64,000 bases of DNA from Leucoraja erinacea (Eukaryota), in assembly GCF_028641065.1 (NCBI RefSeq), contig NC_073381.1, forward strand, positions 19,406,001 to 19,470,000, given 5' to 3'. Made by a program: the position numbers and the translations under genes. Positions within the stretch are counted from its first letter, which is position 1. Each line of letters opens with the position of its first letter. The notes under the pieces are model-generated. The model worked only from the letters and a program-made list of their open reading frames with translations, made no database searches and had not been told where the DNA came from. Of the stretch, positions 62,605 to 64,000 are shown in pieces.

Positions 62605-64000
62605 ATATTAAAATGCTGCTGCTTATGTGGGTGGGAAAGATAGGTCAGCTGGATGAAGGATCTTGGAGTATTTGTAAGTGCCACACAACAGCAACAACAC
62701 ATGTTCCAAGAGGCATACAACAGATCCAGCTACAGATAAATTTCAGATAAAAATGCCCAAAACCTCGGGGTATAAATAGTAAATGGGGCGCTTACACATT
62801 GCATCTTTGGAATCAACTCTCAGCATTAGTATGTTAGTTTATTTCTTAAGCAGAAATACAGGTTTTCAGTCTTTTTGACATATTGAAACCAGAATATGGT
62901 TTGTAAAGTTAAGAAACATTTGTAATTATTTGTGGTCATTACTCTTTGCTTATTCAGTAACACTTTGGCTTCATTGGAAAAGTCAAATCTTAATAACAAT
63001 CCAGTTCCTTATTAAATTCGCATTTTTAGGAGAGACTTATGCCTCACAAAGTTCATATTGGAATTAAGTAATCTTTCTAATCTTCACTTCACTCAGATAT
63101 TATGGTCAGAGCCCATAAAACATACCATGGATACTCCGCAGGTATGACCTCATGTTGTTAAATATTTAACAAATCACTCTCAATAGCTTTGCCAATCTCT
63201 TTGTTTTCCCGAAGTACCCAATGTCTGGGTTTCATTACACAGCTGCCAAAGTTCTATAAACTGTACTTTTGTCACGTCCCTACAAATAAGTTGCAGACTG
63301 AATTGAAAGCAACCACCACACATCATTGAATAAAAAACATTCAATTAATTTTGTTGATGATTTGGTCATTTTATTATAGAAAACTAAAGCACTAAAATAC
63401 CTTGTGAAACCTTGCCCGATGGTTATGAAAGCATTCTGGCAACTGAACAGTATGGTCCAGTCATTGACTAGGGAACCAAACAAGCAAGTTTATAGCATGG
63501 ACGGGGACCATTTGGCCCTTCATGCCTAAGCTGACTCTGCAAATAATCGTATTGCTTTTGGTCTTCCTAGAACCTTTTTTATTTCTTTGCTTCACTCAAA
63601 ATGTAATGGTTGTTTGCTTGTTCTAAAGCTTTGCATGTTTCAATTAATCTGTTGTGCGTATAACATTTCTGCTAACCTCTTTCCTCACTGTCAATTACTG
63701 TTTGAAATTGGCAACTCCCATCACTGTCTCTGCAATCAGAGGAAATAGTCTTTCCTGAGTCACTTGTTAGGATTTTTAACAAAGCTTTTAATTTTAAAGG
63801 GAGCACAAGAATAGGGGAACTTTTAAGATGACAAGACAAACTTACAAATTAATTTATTTAGCTTATGGGTTTCATAAACATAGAAACAGACAAAAGACAG
63901 GAGGTTCTGTTAAACCTATACTCAACTTGTTTGACCTAGCTTTAGAAAGAATAAGGGGCCATGGAAGGCCATAGCAGATAGTCTGAAGGTGGAATTATTG

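Noticed and set aside
30430-64000. PDZ/RapGAP exons of SIPA1L2
   Set aside because: No LGFHV or RLVEICK-type coding sequence found by eye; probably beyond the window, although a missed exon cannot be excluded.

Overview
Eukaryotic, repeat-rich vertebrate DNA, most likely a cartilaginous fish (skate/ray-like; inferred from its V-SINE/HE1, Deu-SINE, CR1 and Penelope repeat complement). The window lies inside one large minus-strand gene that I recognise as SIPA1L2 (Rap GTPase-activating protein family, post-PDZ region). Six phase-compatible GT-AG coding exons are visible: 30172-30429, 16733-16885, 13525-13631, 8785-8882, 6396-6793 and 4210-4434. I did not find the PDZ/GAP exons or the last exons in the window. 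The introns hold truncated CR1, L2 and Rex1/Babar LINEs, tRNA-derived SINEs, a broken IR/DR Tc1 transposon, Harbinger- and hAT-type MITEs and a probable Helitron end; these account for nearly all long ORFs in the ORF track. The most interesting signal is a family of at least 13 short (80-320 bp), often fold-back, often TSD-flanked inserts. The fuller copies carry a minimal hammerhead-ribozyme core (CTGAAGA-stem II-GAAACGTH). One copy is still attached to the C-terminus of a Penelope GIY-YIG ORF, so the family looks like a Penelope-derived, retrozyme-like non-autonomous element. All family assignments come from motif recognition and remembered sequences; no database search was run.
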